Below, piece after piece: positions 1 through 13,064 of a stretch of DNA of 64,000 bases. The DNA is from Sphyrna mokarran (lineage: Eukaryota): positions 68,634,001 through 68,698,000 of the forward strand of contig JAGIQG010000010.1 in assembly GCA_024679065.1 (NCBI GenBank), in the 5' to 3' direction. Every line of letters starts with the position of its first letter. Within the stretch, counting starts at the first letter, position 1. The notes under the pieces are model-generated. The model had not been told where the DNA came from and did not search any database. It saw only the letters and a program-made list of their open reading frames with translations. The translations under genes were made by a program, and so were the position numbers.

Positions 1-525
1 ACAATGGAGCAAATTTATACAAATTTCAAAGATTATCTCCCGTTATCTCTATGCAACCAAATGAGAAAATTAGGAATTTATTAGTACGTAGAAACGAGTA
101 TACTTTAGGGACAGTTATTGGGTCTTTAATTTTTTTTTTATGTAGACACTGAGAAAAGGAAAAAACCCCGAACTTTATAATCAAAAAAGACATAATGGAT
201 ATAACACTGAGAAGCAGAGGTAATCCAGTCATTTTCCCTTTGTTGGTTGCATCCTAGTAAATCCGCATGACTATTTTACTGACAAATTTAAGAATGTTAA
301 AGGTTCCACATAGGAACCCCAAGTTTGTAAATATTAACATATAAAAATGCCAAAAGTATTTTTAAAGAAATTACCAAGGATCCATCCGGGATGAATGTTT
401 CCTTCAATTAATGTTATCATCCACTGATTCAGTTGAATCAGAGTACCACATCCTAGATAATTCAGTACAAAACTGCCTTGCGGGACTATGTAATCTAATA
501 AATTGATCTATTAAGTCTCTCAAAC

Positions 526-630
526 CTGTAAGACTGTGTAATAGTAACAGTAAAGACTTGAGGGCTGCAGGAGCTCTCTAGCTAGAGCTTGTCCTGATCT
601 GGCAATTTTCTGAGCTTCAGCATCATTTTC
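526..630 (-). CDS. POGLUT3: POGLUT3 coding exon 7 (absent from the ORF track)
   Basis: Manual translation ENDAEAQKIARSGQALARELLQPSSLYCYYYTVLQ. ttcttAG acceptor, CAG|GTTTGA donor, 105 nt, phase 0-0. The final exon with the ER-retention signal was not found in 1-525 and is presumably outside the window. Confidence 0.92.
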
Positions 631-1404
631 CTAAGAAAAGACCAAGCAAATGAAAAAGATGTTAGCAAGATTTACATAGCATGCCATTTAGAAACTTCTA
701 TTAGCCACTGCATCGTTATAAATATAAAACAAGGATTACCCTGTATTAATTTCTTTTACTAGTATTACATGCATGACAAAAACATATTATTGCTATTAAC
801 TTTTGTGTAATAATATGTCACACACATTCTATGAACTAAGGATTTACAATAAGAAAAAAGATTCAACAATTCTGCAAACATAGTTATTTTAATTATATAG
901 GAAGAAATTGTACGTTTCAAGCAACAATTGCAATAGAAAATTAAGTTGCCTTGCAAACTGCTTCACACTCTTGTTGCATGGATTGCTTCATTTATTGCAC
1001 AATTTCTACATCAAATTAATAAGCAAACCTAATAAGGTAAGAATTAAGTTAAAGTCTAGCCAATATGACAGAATGATATAGTACTGTCCTAAGATATGTC
1101 CCATGGGTAGCTAACTTGCAGCTGTTATCAATAAAACTACATATCCCTTGAGGAAACTTTGCAAAGTGATTACATTAACAGGCATTGAACTCAATAACTT
1201 ACAATAACTCAAGCCATCATTAAACATGATTCATACTGAAGCAAGCAATTTGTTACATATAATTTATTTGTCTTAAAAGGCTAACTTCATTTCAGAAAAG
1301 TTTTCTTGATTAGATCTTTTGAGCTAAGTTTATAAAATCTGGATACTTTTCCTAAATGATTTGAAAAACAAATCTAGAAACATTCAGGTATGAAAATGTC
1401 TTGT

Positions 1405-2185
1405 TAAGAGGAAAAAGGAAGCATATGTAAGGATGAAAAAACAAGGTTCAGTTGGGTCACTTGAGGGTTACAAGGTAGCTAGGAATGAGGTAAAGAAAGG
1501 GCTTAGGAGAGCCAGGAAGGGGTATGAGAAGTCCTTGGCAGGTCAGATAAAGGAAAACTCAAGTCTTTTTATTTTTATGTGAGAAATAAAAGAATGACCA
1601 GGATGAGGTTAGGGCCAGTCAAGGATAGTAGTGGGGACTTGTGCATGGAGTCAGAAGAAATAGGTGAGGCATTGAATGAATATTTTTCTTCAGTATTCAT
1701 TAAGGAGAGGGGAATGTTTTTCAGGATGACAGCGTGATACAGGCTGATAGGATGGCAGAGATAGATGTTCTGAGGGAAGGTGTATTAGCAATTTTGAAAA
1801 ACCTGAGGGTGGATAAGTCCCCTGGGCCAGATAGGACATATCCTATGACACTTTGGGAAACAAGGAATGAGATTGCGGATCCTTTAGCTTTACTGTCCAT
1901 GGGGATTGTGCCAGAGGATTGGAGAGTGGCAAATGTTATTCCTCTCTTCAAGAAAGGAAATAGGGATGACCCTGGTAATTATAGGCTAGTTAATCTTACT
2001 TCGGTGATCGGTAAGTTAATGAAAAGGGTCCTGGGAGGTAGGATTTATGACTATTTGGAAAGATGCAGTTTAATCCAGGATAGTCAGCATGGTTTCGTGA
2101 GAAGTAAAGTCCTGCCTTATAAATTTGATTGAATTCTTTGAGGAGGTAACTTTGAGGAGGTGTGTGTAGATGAAGGTAGAGCAGG
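1405..2185 (+). mobile_element. CR1/HER1-like LINE ORF2 fragment, degraded
   Basis: ORF 1734-2132 encodes DKSPGPD...VPEDWRVANVIPLFKKGNRDDPGNYRLVNLTSV...SQHGF, the typical CR1 RT N-terminal region, with frameshifts. Confidence 0.9.
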
Positions 2186-2419
2186 AACTGTGGCTATTGT
2201 ATTCCCTATCCAGCTCGAGGTCAAAGCTTAGTATAGCACTTATGCTGAACAGAGAGACTTTCTTCCTTCATTTGTGCTCTGCCTGTAAACAGGTTCTTCC
2301 ATGGCTCTGTCTGTTTGTTGATGCTTTACCCTGGAGACATTTTTCTGAATTTTTTTTTGTCTGTGGTGGTTTGCAATTACCTTCCACTTTCAGGGGCAAG
2401 GAGGGATTCCTGAGTCTAT

Positions 2420-2495
2420 CTCAGTTAGAATGGGAAGTGAACCCATGCCATTCATGAGAATCTGAACCACACGGAAGCCACCCAACTGAGCTACC
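2420..2495 (-). mobile_element. tRNA-derived SINE head
   Basis: Minus strand reads TAGCTCAGTTGG (A box) ... GGTTCACTTCCC (B-box-like). No full cloverleaf. Confidence 0.45.
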
Positions 2496-2649
2496 TGGCC
2501 CCTAAAGAGAGACTAACTCAGCATAAATCACAATCTGAGCAAGAGCTTCCAATATCTGAATGGATTAGTGATACACCACATTTACCCACTAAGCCTTTGG
2601 GGAAATTCTACACAGTAAAATTTAATGGCATCACAACTTGCTTACTTAC

Positions 2650-2844
2650 CTTCACCCATTTAATCTTCTCAATAACATCACTCATATCTCTCTTCAGTGG
2701 AACATAGTGTTTCCATGGCTTCAGGGATCTGTAGAAGTGCTCATAATATTTAGAATCCTGCTTCAATACAAGGCTGTCACCCAACATAAGGTACGGGAAC
2801 CTGTAAGCTGCCACAGTACCATCCACATTCACTTGGTATTTATA
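2650..2844 (-). CDS. POGLUT3: POGLUT3 coding exon 6
   Basis: ttccAG acceptor, AAG|GTAAGT donor, 195 nt. Encodes [38 protein letters not shown]. Confidence 0.95.
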
Positions 2845-4355
2845 CTGGAAAAATGTTCAGAAACATCTCATCTCAATAAAAAAAGTTCACATGAAAATTT
2901 TTAAAAGCTGCATCTAAAAAAAGCCCTTCTAAAAGGGTATTTTTTTCAATAGTAATAATGAGGATTTACCTGAAAAAATACTTTAAAATTTCAATAATTG
3001 TAGGTCACTTAATATAATGAAAAATATATTGGCTTGACATAATATTGATTTGAAGCTAATGTTCTGTAAGTTTATATTCATAATAGATAATATGAAACTT
3101 GCAAGAAATTTACTGTTTGAACATCTTTTCCAGAAACATAAATTAACACATAAAAGACATACAAACTGTAGTTAGTGGTACTGAGTTTGAGCACACTGGT
3201 CTTACCTCAAAGACCAATTCTGCTTCACATTTTTAAAAAAGGGAAAAGGAAATAATACTGTCAAATTCAACATTGTTACACCTGCTTTTCTGGTGTGAAA
3301 TAGACAAATGCGAATTGCAGGAACATTTGGTTTCATGCTGAACAGTTGGGACTTCTTTTTAGATCCTCAATATTTAATTAAAAGGTCTCAGGGCCCACTT
3401 TTGACCTAGATATCTAAGATTATTTAGACTTACTAATCACAATTTATGAGTCATAAGTTGCCTACCTGGCAATTTTGAAAATGACTGTTGCAGGCCATTC
3501 AAGAAAACGGTCTCGAATCTCCACATAATATCCTTTTTGCGATTTAAGAAGTAGGAGTGCTTCTCCTGACTTCACAAAATAATTGTGGACCACTACTGGC
3601 CTGCTAGATTGGCTTCCTCCTCTTTCCCACCAGACCTGTGTGTGAACTTCAGCTTTGGCTGAAACTGGTTCAGCTCCTACACCTTACCAGAATGATAGAG
3701 TCCAAGGACAACACTGGGTAACCTTTACTCTGGCACTGATTGTGTGCCACAGGTATTATGCCCATTTCAGATGTTACCGAATTCAGAATCCTGTGGATTT
3801 ATGCTTTGGAAGGCTACCAATAATTCTTAACCCCAAAAGTAATTTTCTGGTAGAAGAGTAAATATTGGTGATATTATATAACAGCAGCTAATACAACATT
3901 TGGTTGCAGTGCAGGAGGTAGTGGGAGAAAGGGAAGGGACATAACATACATAGCAAATTGTATCACCTCGACAACATATGTCTCTTCCATGGCTGGCGCT
4001 CTCCCTCTAGAATGCTTCAACATCACAATGATTCCACTCAAACCCTAGCAATATTAATGGCTAGGTTTTCTTTCTGTACAGTCAGTCAATCTACCATCTG
4101 TGATCAGATCTGTACCAATAAGCTCACAAGCCAAGCAAGGTATCCCATTATCCCTACCTCGCCACTATATCATTGAGAGCGAGATGATGGATTCAGCAGG
4201 GCAAGGGAGATTGAAACAATGTCCACTGGTATGTGGAAACGGAAGCTGATACTCCAATTTTGCGTCCTAAATAACATTGTATTTACAATAAAATTTTGAA
4301 ATTAAAATAACACAAGATTTTGAAATAATTCTTTCGTTTGTCTATCAAATCATAC

Positions 4356-4552
4356 CTTAAAAAAGTCAAAGAAACTAATTAATTGTGCTTTTCCAAGTTC
4401 TTTCTCTTCCTCACGAAAGAAGAAATAGGCAGTTATTCCTGCATCCAACAGCTCAGGATTGTTTCTGGAGATTCTCACTAGTTTCAGTCTCTCTTCACGA
4501 CTGTCCCTGCCTCTCCAAAAAGCTTGCTCTATTTTATCATACCAGGCAGGAC
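4356..4552 (-). CDS. POGLUT3: POGLUT3 coding exon 5
   Basis: ccaAG acceptor, AAG|GTATGA donor, 197 nt, phase 1-0. Encodes AFWRGRDSREERL...LLDAGITAYFFFRE...FFDFFK. Confidence 0.95.
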
Positions 4553-5356
4553 CTTGGATTTTGTAAGAAATAAGAAATAATTTCAGCAATTTTAAATACA
4601 GTGTTATCAAGTCTTAATTTCAGAAACTCCTCTTTTTCTCCCCATGTCAACCAATATTGTTATCAGTTATCAATGCTCCTCCTCTCAAAAAGGAAACCCT
4701 TAACCTTCTTGTGGCTTATTCAGAATACATTTAAATTCAGAAAGAAACTTAAAATTGGGGACCAAAAACTAAAATATGAATGAATTAATTAGAATTTGTC
4801 CTTAATTCAGGAATATGCAATTCATTTTTGGAGCAGACACTAAAATAGAGCCAATGACCACATGCTTTTTCATTCACTGTGTTTACAAGTTTTGCTGTCA
4901 TTTATTGACCACCCTTAATTGCTCAAAAAAGTGATGGTGAACCACTGTCATCTGTGTACTGTTAGGACTAGTAATCCCAAAGATTGAACTATGGATTTTG
5001 CGACATCAAGACAGCAGGGAATAAGCCACGAAAATGCAACTCAACTAATGCTTGGCTTGATGCTATAACAAGGTATCCCACCACCCTACCTCGTAATAGT
5101 GCTGTGGACTGCAACGATTCAAGAAGGCAGCTCATCACTTTCTCAAGGGCAACTAAGGATGGGCAATAAATGACAGCAAAACTTGTAAACACAGTGAATG
5201 AAAAAGCATGTGGTCATTGGCTTTATTTTAGTTCTATTATTGGCTCTATTATATTCTAATATATGTGGTCTAATATATTCTAAATATATTCTAATGTATG
5301 TGGTCTAATATATTCTAGAGCCAATGACCACATGCTTTATTATATTCTAAGGATGG

Positions 5357-5602
5357 GGATGCTAGGGGAAAGTTTTTCACTCAGAGGATGGTGAGTGAAT
5401 GGAATCGGCTGCCGTCGGTGGTGGTCGAGGTGAACTCGCTGGGGTCTTTTAAAAGACTTCTGGATGAGTATATGGGATCCAATGGGATTGGGGGTTATAG
5501 ATAGGTCTGTGGCTGGGTAGGTTTTGATGTGTTCGGCACAACTTGTGGGCCGAAGGGCCTGTTTGTGCTGTAGTGTTCTATGTTCTATATGTTCTATGTT
5601 CT
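5357..5602 (+). mobile_element. 5'-truncated CR1 3' end with (TATGTTC)n tail
   Basis: ORF2 terminus (GKFFTQRMVSEWNRLP), conserved gggccgaagggcctgtt hairpin tail and a short tandem-repeat end. Confidence 0.9.
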
Positions 5603-5754
5603 AATAAATGCTGGCTAGTGATGCCATGTGCCAAGAATGAATTAAAAAAGTACATTTTGACCCTTATTTTATGGTTATTCAAACACCCTTTGCCATCTGT
5701 TACATTTACAGTTGCCCACAGAATTTGTCTTGGCTTTTAGACTGTGATATACAG

Positions 5755-6035
5755 CTCAGAATTCAAATTCAGTTAATTAAATACATCTGGAATAATAATC
5801 TTATATCAGTATTGGTGACTATGAAACTATTGGATTATTGTGAAAATTCATCTCGTTCATAAATGATCATTAGAAAAGGCAATCACCATCCTTATCCACT
5901 CAGGCTTATGTGACTCAAGACCACAGTGATGTGACTGACTCTATAATTACCCTCTGAAATGGCAAGGCTGTCTATTGTATTCAAGAAGAGGGCTCACCAC
6001 CACTTGCTCAGAACAGTCAGTGATAGGCAATAGAA
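5755..6035 (+). mobile_element. Old shark SINE-like repeat
   Basis: Related to minus-strand copies at ~33620-33935 and ~55380-55710 and a partial copy at ~50370-50530 (shared gtgactc..gacc..ca..a.tgtg..tgactct..a.tgccctctgaaatgg segment). Confidence 0.55.
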
Positions 6036-6099
6036 TCTTTGAACATTCCTCCCTCATTTCCTCCATTTCTCCTTGATTCTATTGAGGTTTTGCTTCAAC

Positions 6100-6660
6100 C
6101 AAATGGGGCATTGGATGAGACCCTACTGGGACTACTGTATACAGTTTCGCTCTCCTTAAAGGAGGGATACACTTACATTGGAAGCAGATCAGAGAAGGTT
6201 CCTAGGGTGAATGGGTTGCCCTACAGCATACACTTGAGCAGCTGGAGCTTTATCCACAGGAGTTTAAAAGGATGAGAGGTGCACTTATTGAAACATATGA
6301 TTCTGAATGGGTTTAACAGAGTAGCTGCCGAGATATTTCTCTTATGCTGGGATCTAAAAATAAGGGACACAGCTTAAAAATAAAGGCCCTCTTATTTTAG
6401 ATGGAGATGACATGGAATTTCTTCTCTGAGGGCTATTAATCTTTGGAATTCTCTCCCAGAGAGGCTAGGTCATTGAAAATATTCAAGACACTGTTGGACA
6501 GAGTTTTGATCAACAAGGGAATCAAGGGTTATATGGAGGCAGGCAAGAAAATGAAGTTAAGGCTATGATCAAATTAGCTGTGAGTAATTGTTGAATAATT
6601 ATGCAGCAAGCTCCATAAGCCAAATAATATACTCCTATTTCTTATAATTTTATATTCCTA
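6100..6660 (+). mobile_element. Degraded CR1 3' portion
   Basis: Remnants of the ORF2 C-terminal motifs (agaatgagaggtgacttattgaaaca, tggaattctct) and the 3' tail. Confidence 0.7.
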
Positions 6661-7810
6661 TTCAACAGTCAGTAAGGAGACTTATCAACAAAAATAAATT
6701 AACAATGATTTGCATTTACGTAGCTTCTCTAGTATAGACATAGCCCAAGACATATAACAGAAACATAATTAAATAAAAAAATGGCATCATGGTTGGTAAG
6801 AAACATTAAGCAAACAACTAGAAGCTAGATCAGAGAAATAATATTAAAAGAGTCTGGAGAGGCATTTCAGAGGTTTGGGTCTACATGACTGAAGATATTG
6901 TCATTTATGATATGCCAAAGGAGGGAGAGATGCAGAAGTGTTGGAGCAAGGCAGAGTTCTTGGAAGATGGTAGAAGTGGAGGTGATTGAGAGATAGGAAA
7001 GGCAAGACCATAGAGGGATTTGAACATGAGGATGAGAGGTTTTACATCATTTTGATGCTCCAGGTTAGCAAGTACAGGGATGATATGAGACATGTATGGG
7101 GTTAGGGTAGAAAGTCATCTAAAACTGAGTTGCTGGTGTTTATAGAAGATGGAAAATTAAGAAAATCAGTAGGAAAGTATTGGAATAGAATCTGGAAGTA
7201 ACAAATGCACAGGTCAGAGTTGCAGCAGCAGATAAAGTGAAACAGGTGTGTCAGACTTTCCAGGTTTCAGAGGTGGCAGAAAGCTAAATTTGTAATATGG
7301 AGGAAGCGATAGATGCTCAATTCAGGAAGATTGCAAAAATTTTGGTTCAGCCTAAGATAGTGGCCAAGGAAAGAGAATGGAATTGGTGATTTGGGAATAA
7401 AGTTTGTGGAAGGGGCCAAAGACAACAGTTTCAATCTTGCTAATGTTTAACTCAAACAAATTGTAACCTATCCAACACTAAATTCTTTTATAAGCAGTCA
7501 GTCAACACAGAGACAGTGTGCAATGGGGCTGGGTGTCATAAACATATGTGCAAAACTTGATGTCATGCGTTTGGATAATGTCTCTGATAGTAGTTAGTAG
7601 GTAAGGAAGAGGATAAAAAGGATGGATCCTTCAGTGGGATGAAGTACGAAGAAAAGACACTGGAAACTTCCCTTGGCTGCAACCAGCTAAGTGAAAAAAG
7701 ATCTGAGTAAAGACAGTCCTATGCAGCTGGACAATGCGGGGGAGAGAGACAGACAAACAGACACACTGGGGCAGGATAATATACCAACTGTGTGAAAAAA
7801 TGTAATTAAT

Positions 7811-8289
7811 TTACAGATGCACCATAGGAAGCATTCTTTCTGGTTGTATCACAGCTTGGTATGGCTCCTGCTCTATCCAAGACTGCAAGAAACAACAAAA
7901 GGTTGTGAACGTAGCCCAATCTACCACACAAGCCAGCCTCCCATCCATTAATTCTCTTTACACTTTCCACTGCCTCAGCAAAGCAGCCAGCATAATTAAG
8001 GATCTCATGCACCCTGGACATTCTCCCTTCCCTTGGGGAAAAGATACAAAAGTCTGGGGTCACGTACCAACCGACTTACAAACAGTTTCTTCCCTGCTGC
8101 CATCAGACTTTTAAATGGACCTACCTTGCACTAAGTTGATCTTTCTCTACACACTAGCTACGAATATAACACTAAATTTAGACTCTCTCGTTTTCTTTTC
8201 TATGAACAGTATACCTGGTCTGTATAGTACATGAAACAATACTTTTTGCTGCATGCTAATACATGTGACAATAATAAATCAAAATCAAA
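7811..8289 (+). mobile_element. Rex1/Babar-like LINE 3' end
   Basis: Encodes YRCTIGSILSGCITAWYGSCS...; ends in catgtgacaataataaatcaaaatcaaa. A homologous 3' UTR is at 54085-54300. Confidence 0.75.
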
Positions 8290-8364
8290 GCAAGGTTAAA
8301 CAGAGAAGGGGGATTTGGTGACAGTCACATAGGATTTCATCTGTGACTTTGATTAGAATTATTT

Positions 8365-8690
8365 GGGCGGCACAGTAGCACAATGATTAGCACTGCTGCC
8401 TCACAGCTCCAGGGACCTGGATTTGACTCCCAGGCTTGGGTCACTATCTGTGTGGAGTTTGCACATTCTCCTCATGTCTGCATGGGTTTTCTTCGGGTGC
8501 TTTGGCTTCCTCCCACAGTCCAAAGATGTGCGGGTTAGGTTGATTGGCCATGCTAAAATTGCCTTTTAGAGTTTTGAGATGTGTAGGTTAGAGGGATATG
8601 GGGTTAGGATCTGGGTGGGATTGTGGTTGGTGCAGACTCGATGGGCTAAATGGCCTCTTTCTGCACTGTAAGGTTTCTGTGATTGATTCT
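8365..8690 (+). mobile_element. HE1-type V-SINE, full length
   Basis: tRNA-like head gggcggcacagtagcacaatgattagc, V-core tgtggagtttgcacattctc...ttcctcccacagtccaaagatgtgc, CR1-type tail. Confidence 0.9.
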
Positions 8691-8887
8691 GTTTCAGTGC
8701 TGTGACAGGATTGTAGAAGTTCACACAAGAAATTAGAACAGTGGGCATAGATTTTTGACATGCCAACACGTTCAAGGGCTCAAATGTTTGGAGATGGGGT
8801 GAAGTCACCCAAAGGTCTTTGAAACTGAGACTAAAATACATGAGACAGATTATGGAGCACATGAGAGTAGTAATCCACATTTAATAA

Positions 8888-9100
8888 AAACAGAAAATAC
8901 TGAAAATGCTCTCCAAGTCAGGCAGCATTTGCGGAAGAAACAAAGTTAATGTTTCAGGTCAATGACTTAAAAAAAATCATAATTGAACGATCATTGGCAT
9001 GAAACGTTAATCTTGTTTCCCTCTGCACACAAGCTGCCAGAGCCTGCTGAGTATTACCAAAATTTGGTTTTAATTTCAGATTTCCAGTATCTGCAGCTTT
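8888..9100. mobile_element. Penelope-derived inverted-repeat element
   Basis: Imperfect inverted arms ~8888-8968 and ~8985-9070 (gaaacgttaa...gctgcc...cctgctgagtatt family). Related pieces at ~10415, 12275, 17340, 19971, 21915, 40100, 49850, 55090, 56010 and 57005. Confidence 0.65.
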
Positions 9101-9351
9101 GGTGTTGATATCATTTCTCTGATTAAATTTCAATTGCATTTCAACGGAAAATCTCCAGCCTGGACTAATTTATAACAACAAAGAAAATGAAGAAACAAAG
9201 ATGACAGAAGGGAAATAAAAGGCTGGAGAAACAAGCTCCTGTATGGAAAATCTAATGTTAAATAAATAAAATCCATTGCAACAGTAGGTGTCAGGTGATT
9301 GAATTCATCATAAAATTTAATATAAAAAACAAACAGAAAAATACAACTTAC

Positions 9352-9562
9352 CAGTCTGTCCTTGAATGGAGAGAAGATCATTTGTTACACCACGGAGTGT
9401 TTCCAATGAAGAGCGTGTTATGTCATATGTTGGAAGGACAATATCTGCAGTATCCTCAGAACCACACCAAGAAATGATGGGCAAGGGGTTATCCTTCATT
9501 TTACGGGTTTCCAGTGGCCAATCTCCAACATTTACATAGAATTCAACATCGGGCAATCGAAC
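9352..9562 (-). CDS. POGLUT3: POGLUT3 coding exon 4 (CAP10/glycosyltransferase family 90 domain)
   Basis: Follows a 100-bp intron. gtAG acceptor, G|GTAAGT donor, 211 nt. Encodes VRLPDVEFYVNVGDWPLE...PIISWCGS...GVTNDLLSIQG. Confidence 0.95.
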
Positions 9563-9662
9563 CTACGGAAAGTCCATAAAAAAAATTAAATAATGAACCA
9601 TTTTGTAACAGATTACAGTAGAAAGGATATGAATTTTAGACTGTGGTCTTATTGATACTTAC

Positions 9663-9943
9663 TTTCCTTGTTAAAGAAAGCAGCATTTCATCTGAAAACA
9701 TCTTGAAGTCAGTGTACCGCCCCATGGTTCGGCGATAAACCTGGTTATCCAATATGGTGTAGTGAACAATTCCCCGATCACCAAACCGATTTGGTACTTC
9801 TTCTAGTAGGAGCGCGAGATCTATACTGGGAAAGCTGGTGAAGTCGTGAGAAATCTGTTCCTCTTCTGCAGGACAGGATACCGTATCTTTCCATTTCTGA
9901 GGTTCCTCTTCTGGACAGTAACAGTATTCGTGATAAACTGGCC
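9663..9943 (-). CDS. POGLUT3: POGLUT3 coding exon 3
   Basis: tcAG acceptor, AAA|GTAAGT donor, 281 nt, phase 1-0. Encodes GPVYHEYCYCPEE...YTDFKMFSDEMLLSLTRK. Confidence 0.95.
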
Positions 9944-11159
9944 CTGATAACAGAAGCAGGAACACAACATATTAACGTTATATGCAATTACACATTGTCT
10001 CTGTTAAGTTAGCCCCGTCAAAAATGATTGTTTAGCAGACATTTCCTTGTACCAATTCCCCACGAGTATCAAGCTCTGTATCAACAAAGTTCAAACAATT
10101 TTCATAGATTTACAAGGTAAATTGTTCACCACGTTTTACATATAAATGCCTTTACACGTAATGTTAGAATGACCAACTTGTCAACTTGCAAGTCTTTTTC
10201 TTCTACTATAACTGGAAAGTAACTTGTTCAGTTAAAGACTATTCCAGCCGCAGTAATTTGGCCACAGGACAGTAAAACAAAAAGTGCACAAGATTGTCTA
10301 GATGTCATCTCTATAACTTTCCATTTTTGGGCAAATATACTTCCTGAATTTGAGAAGATAAATAACCACAATTGAAGTGAATTACTGCAGGTGTTAAAAA
10401 TAATCAACAGTTTTGACAGCATGTGTGGGGAGAGGGAGACAGTTAATGTTTCACATTGAAAATGATGCTTCTTCAGAACAACCACAACTTGCATTTATAT
10501 AGCATTTTCATGCTATATAATAATGTAATAATAAATAAACAAAAATCAATTATTTGGCAATCCCTGAAAAAATATCACAATGAGTTAAAGATCAACATCT
10601 AGACAGCAGGGAATTAGAATGCAAGGGTTAATGACTCTGAGGAGAGATTTCTTTTCAGCATCCAGAATGAAATGGACGACAGGGAGACGGAGAATATGGA
10701 TAAAGAACAATACAAGGCAATGATCAGAGATTGCTCATCAATGTTGTTTCTTTTCAAAATGTTAAAATCGAAGTAAAGCAAGTTAAGAACAAAGTTATAG
10801 TTTCAACACCCAATCTCTTACTGAAGCCTGCAAGATCTGAGCCCCTGTAGGCAATCAGATGGTTACAGCACTTCAGGGGACTTCTAGCCATAAAGTCCCT
10901 CTCAGCAATGTTCAACATCAAAAACTAGTATCCTTAGGAGAGATTAAATAAAGACTTGGCTGAAAAGAACTATCAGTGAATAAAATTCTCACACAATCAG
11001 TTCCTATTTAGGAGGGCATATGCTCAGTTTTGTGGCAAAATACCCAAACATCAATAGGACAGAAAAAAATTCATTAGTAAAGTTTTGTATACTTGAGAAA
11101 CAACTCAAAAGAAACTCACGTGCAATTTCAATGGTGCCTCTGGTTCTTTATCAATTACC

Positions 11160-11790
11160 TTAAACCTTATCTTGGGTTGCCACCCCTTCTACCCTGGAAA
11201 CAATCACCACTCATTTAATTTATCAAAGTCATTAATGATTTTGAAGACCTCCATCAAATCTCCAATTAACCTTCTCTAATCTAAGGAGAACAATTCCACT
11301 TTTGCAGTTCCTCATTCCAGGCACTATTCTAGTAAATCTCTTTTCCTCTCAGTCAAAGGTCTTTCCTTTGCCTAATGTGTGATGCCTACAAATGAACTCA
11401 GTAGTCCAGCTGAGGCCGAATTAGTACTTTACAAAGTTTGGCATTATTTCCTTGCTTTTAGTACTCTATGTAACTTTTAAGTAAATCAAGGATCCCATCG
11501 ATTTATATTTATTACAGTCTTCACAACTTATCCTGCCACCTTCAAAAGGTTTGTGTACTCATCCCAGGTCTCTGCACATTCTTTGAAATTTTGCCATTCA
11601 GTACAAATTGCCTTTCCTCATTCTTTCTACTGAAATGTATCACTCGACACTTTTCTGCTTTAAATGTCATCAGTCATCTGTCTGCTTATTTCACTAACTG
11701 TACATCCTATTGAAGTCTTACTGTCCTCCTCAATATTTACTATATTTGAGTTTTTTTGTCATATACAAACATTGACATGCTGCACTTTAC
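11160..11790 (-). mobile_element. Degraded CR1 fragment
   Basis: Reverse complement of the CR1 ORF2 C-terminal region (compare the plus-strand copy at ~15100-15400). Confidence 0.6.
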
Positions 11791-11804
11791 TCTCAACATA
11801 GCTG

Positions 11805-11995
11805 TGGTAGAGGGGCAGACACAGTCAGATCGGACACCCCCTCAGTTGCCCGCTGTCTGGACCTGTTTATGGTCCAGGAGCAGGTTCACGATGAGATCCT
11901 CCACCTTCCCTGTTCCCTTCCACACAGGGTGCCCACAAATCAAAAGTGTGGGGCTGAAGTGCACACAGAACATCAATAAAAGATTTTTTAGGTAA
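11805..11995 (-). mobile_element. L1/Tx1-like LINE ORF2 C-terminal fragment
   Basis: Minus-strand translation LKNLLLMFCVHFSPTLLICGHPVWKGTGKVEDLIVNLLL resembles Tx1-type ORF2 tails. Confidence 0.55.
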
Positions 11996-13064
11996 CAAGG
12001 GAGTGCAGCTTTAGACAATTAACATAGAAATGGTCCATGGACTCCACAAGACAGCAAAAAGGATGCACAGAAAGGAAACACTGTCTGACCAACAGCCTTT
12101 TCAAAAATCTATTTATTAATTGCTCAAAGTTTATTTACACAAGATATTGTTTGTAGGTTCTGCTATTAATGCCTTAATTGATTGACTTTGGTAGGTTCGT
12201 AGTCACAACAGCTTCTACAAAGTGATGAATGAAAGGCAGTTTTTTTAAAAACATTGTTACTATAGAGTTCAAAACTAGAAAATGCTGGAAAATCTTAGCA
12301 GTAAGGAAGGAAGGAAGGGACATCTGTACTCAAAAGCTTGGCTCTATTCTCTCTCCATAAATGCTGTCAGACTTGCTGAGATTTTTCAGCATTTTCTGTT
12401 TTTGTTTCAGACTCCAGCATCCATAGTATTTTGCTTTTGTCTTACTAGTAGGTAAATTAGTTCTGTTCCGAGTGCATATTGGGTGAATGAGCATGAAGGT
12501 GCTATGAGTTGATACGGAGAGCAAGGGGGCCATTGGCTATGGGTGGAGGAAGCATCACACATTAGGAAAAGGAAAGACCTTTGACTGAGAGGAAAAGAGA
12601 TTTACTAGAATAGTACCAAGAATGAGGAACTGGAAAAGTGGAATTGTTCTCCATAGAGTAGAGAAGGAGGATACAATGGGACATTGGGGATGGGGGATAT
12701 GGATTGTATTGGAGGATATGAGGGGGCATTGTGGGTGTTTGGTAGCCCAAGTTGGCATGGATGAGGTTGGGGAATAGGTGGGGATGTGAAGGGTAAGGAC
12801 TAGAGGACCTGATTTTGAATATAATAACTGGGACAATGTCCCAGAGAACTTTTAAACATATCATCGCATTACTCAGCAGCCCCCATGGCTGGCTTTGAAC
12901 TGTTCCCACAAGCGTGGCCATGATTCCAGCAAACCCATGCCCCCGTCACCACTGAGCAAAAAAAAAATCACACCTTTCCAGCCTCTCTTTTTGAGGCAAG
13001 TGCATGAAACCAGCAAATTTGTAGACTCCTGCTACCAGTCATCAAGAGGAAAATCCAGCTCATG

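Larger units (their letters stand above)
6705..8860 (-). mobile_element. Degraded L2-clade LINE with nested insertions
   Basis: ORF 6905-7093 (SHIIPVL...LILMFKSLYGLA) is L2 ORF2 C-terminal-like. L2-type 3' end near 6710. Interrupted by Rex1-like and HE1 elements. Confidence 0.65.

Noticed and set aside
26-232. Final POGLUT3 exon
   Set aside because: The translation shows no resemblance to the expected C-terminus and has no KDEL-like ending.
5233-5350. CRISPR-like repeat-spacer array
   Set aside because: The context is eukaryotic and the units are irregular AT-rich fillers mixed with locally templated snippets.
8365-8440. tRNA genes at SINE heads (also ~2420-2495, ~40420-40493, ~58430-58500)
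   Set aside because: These are degenerate tRNA-derived heads without an intact cloverleaf, mostly fused to SINE bodies.
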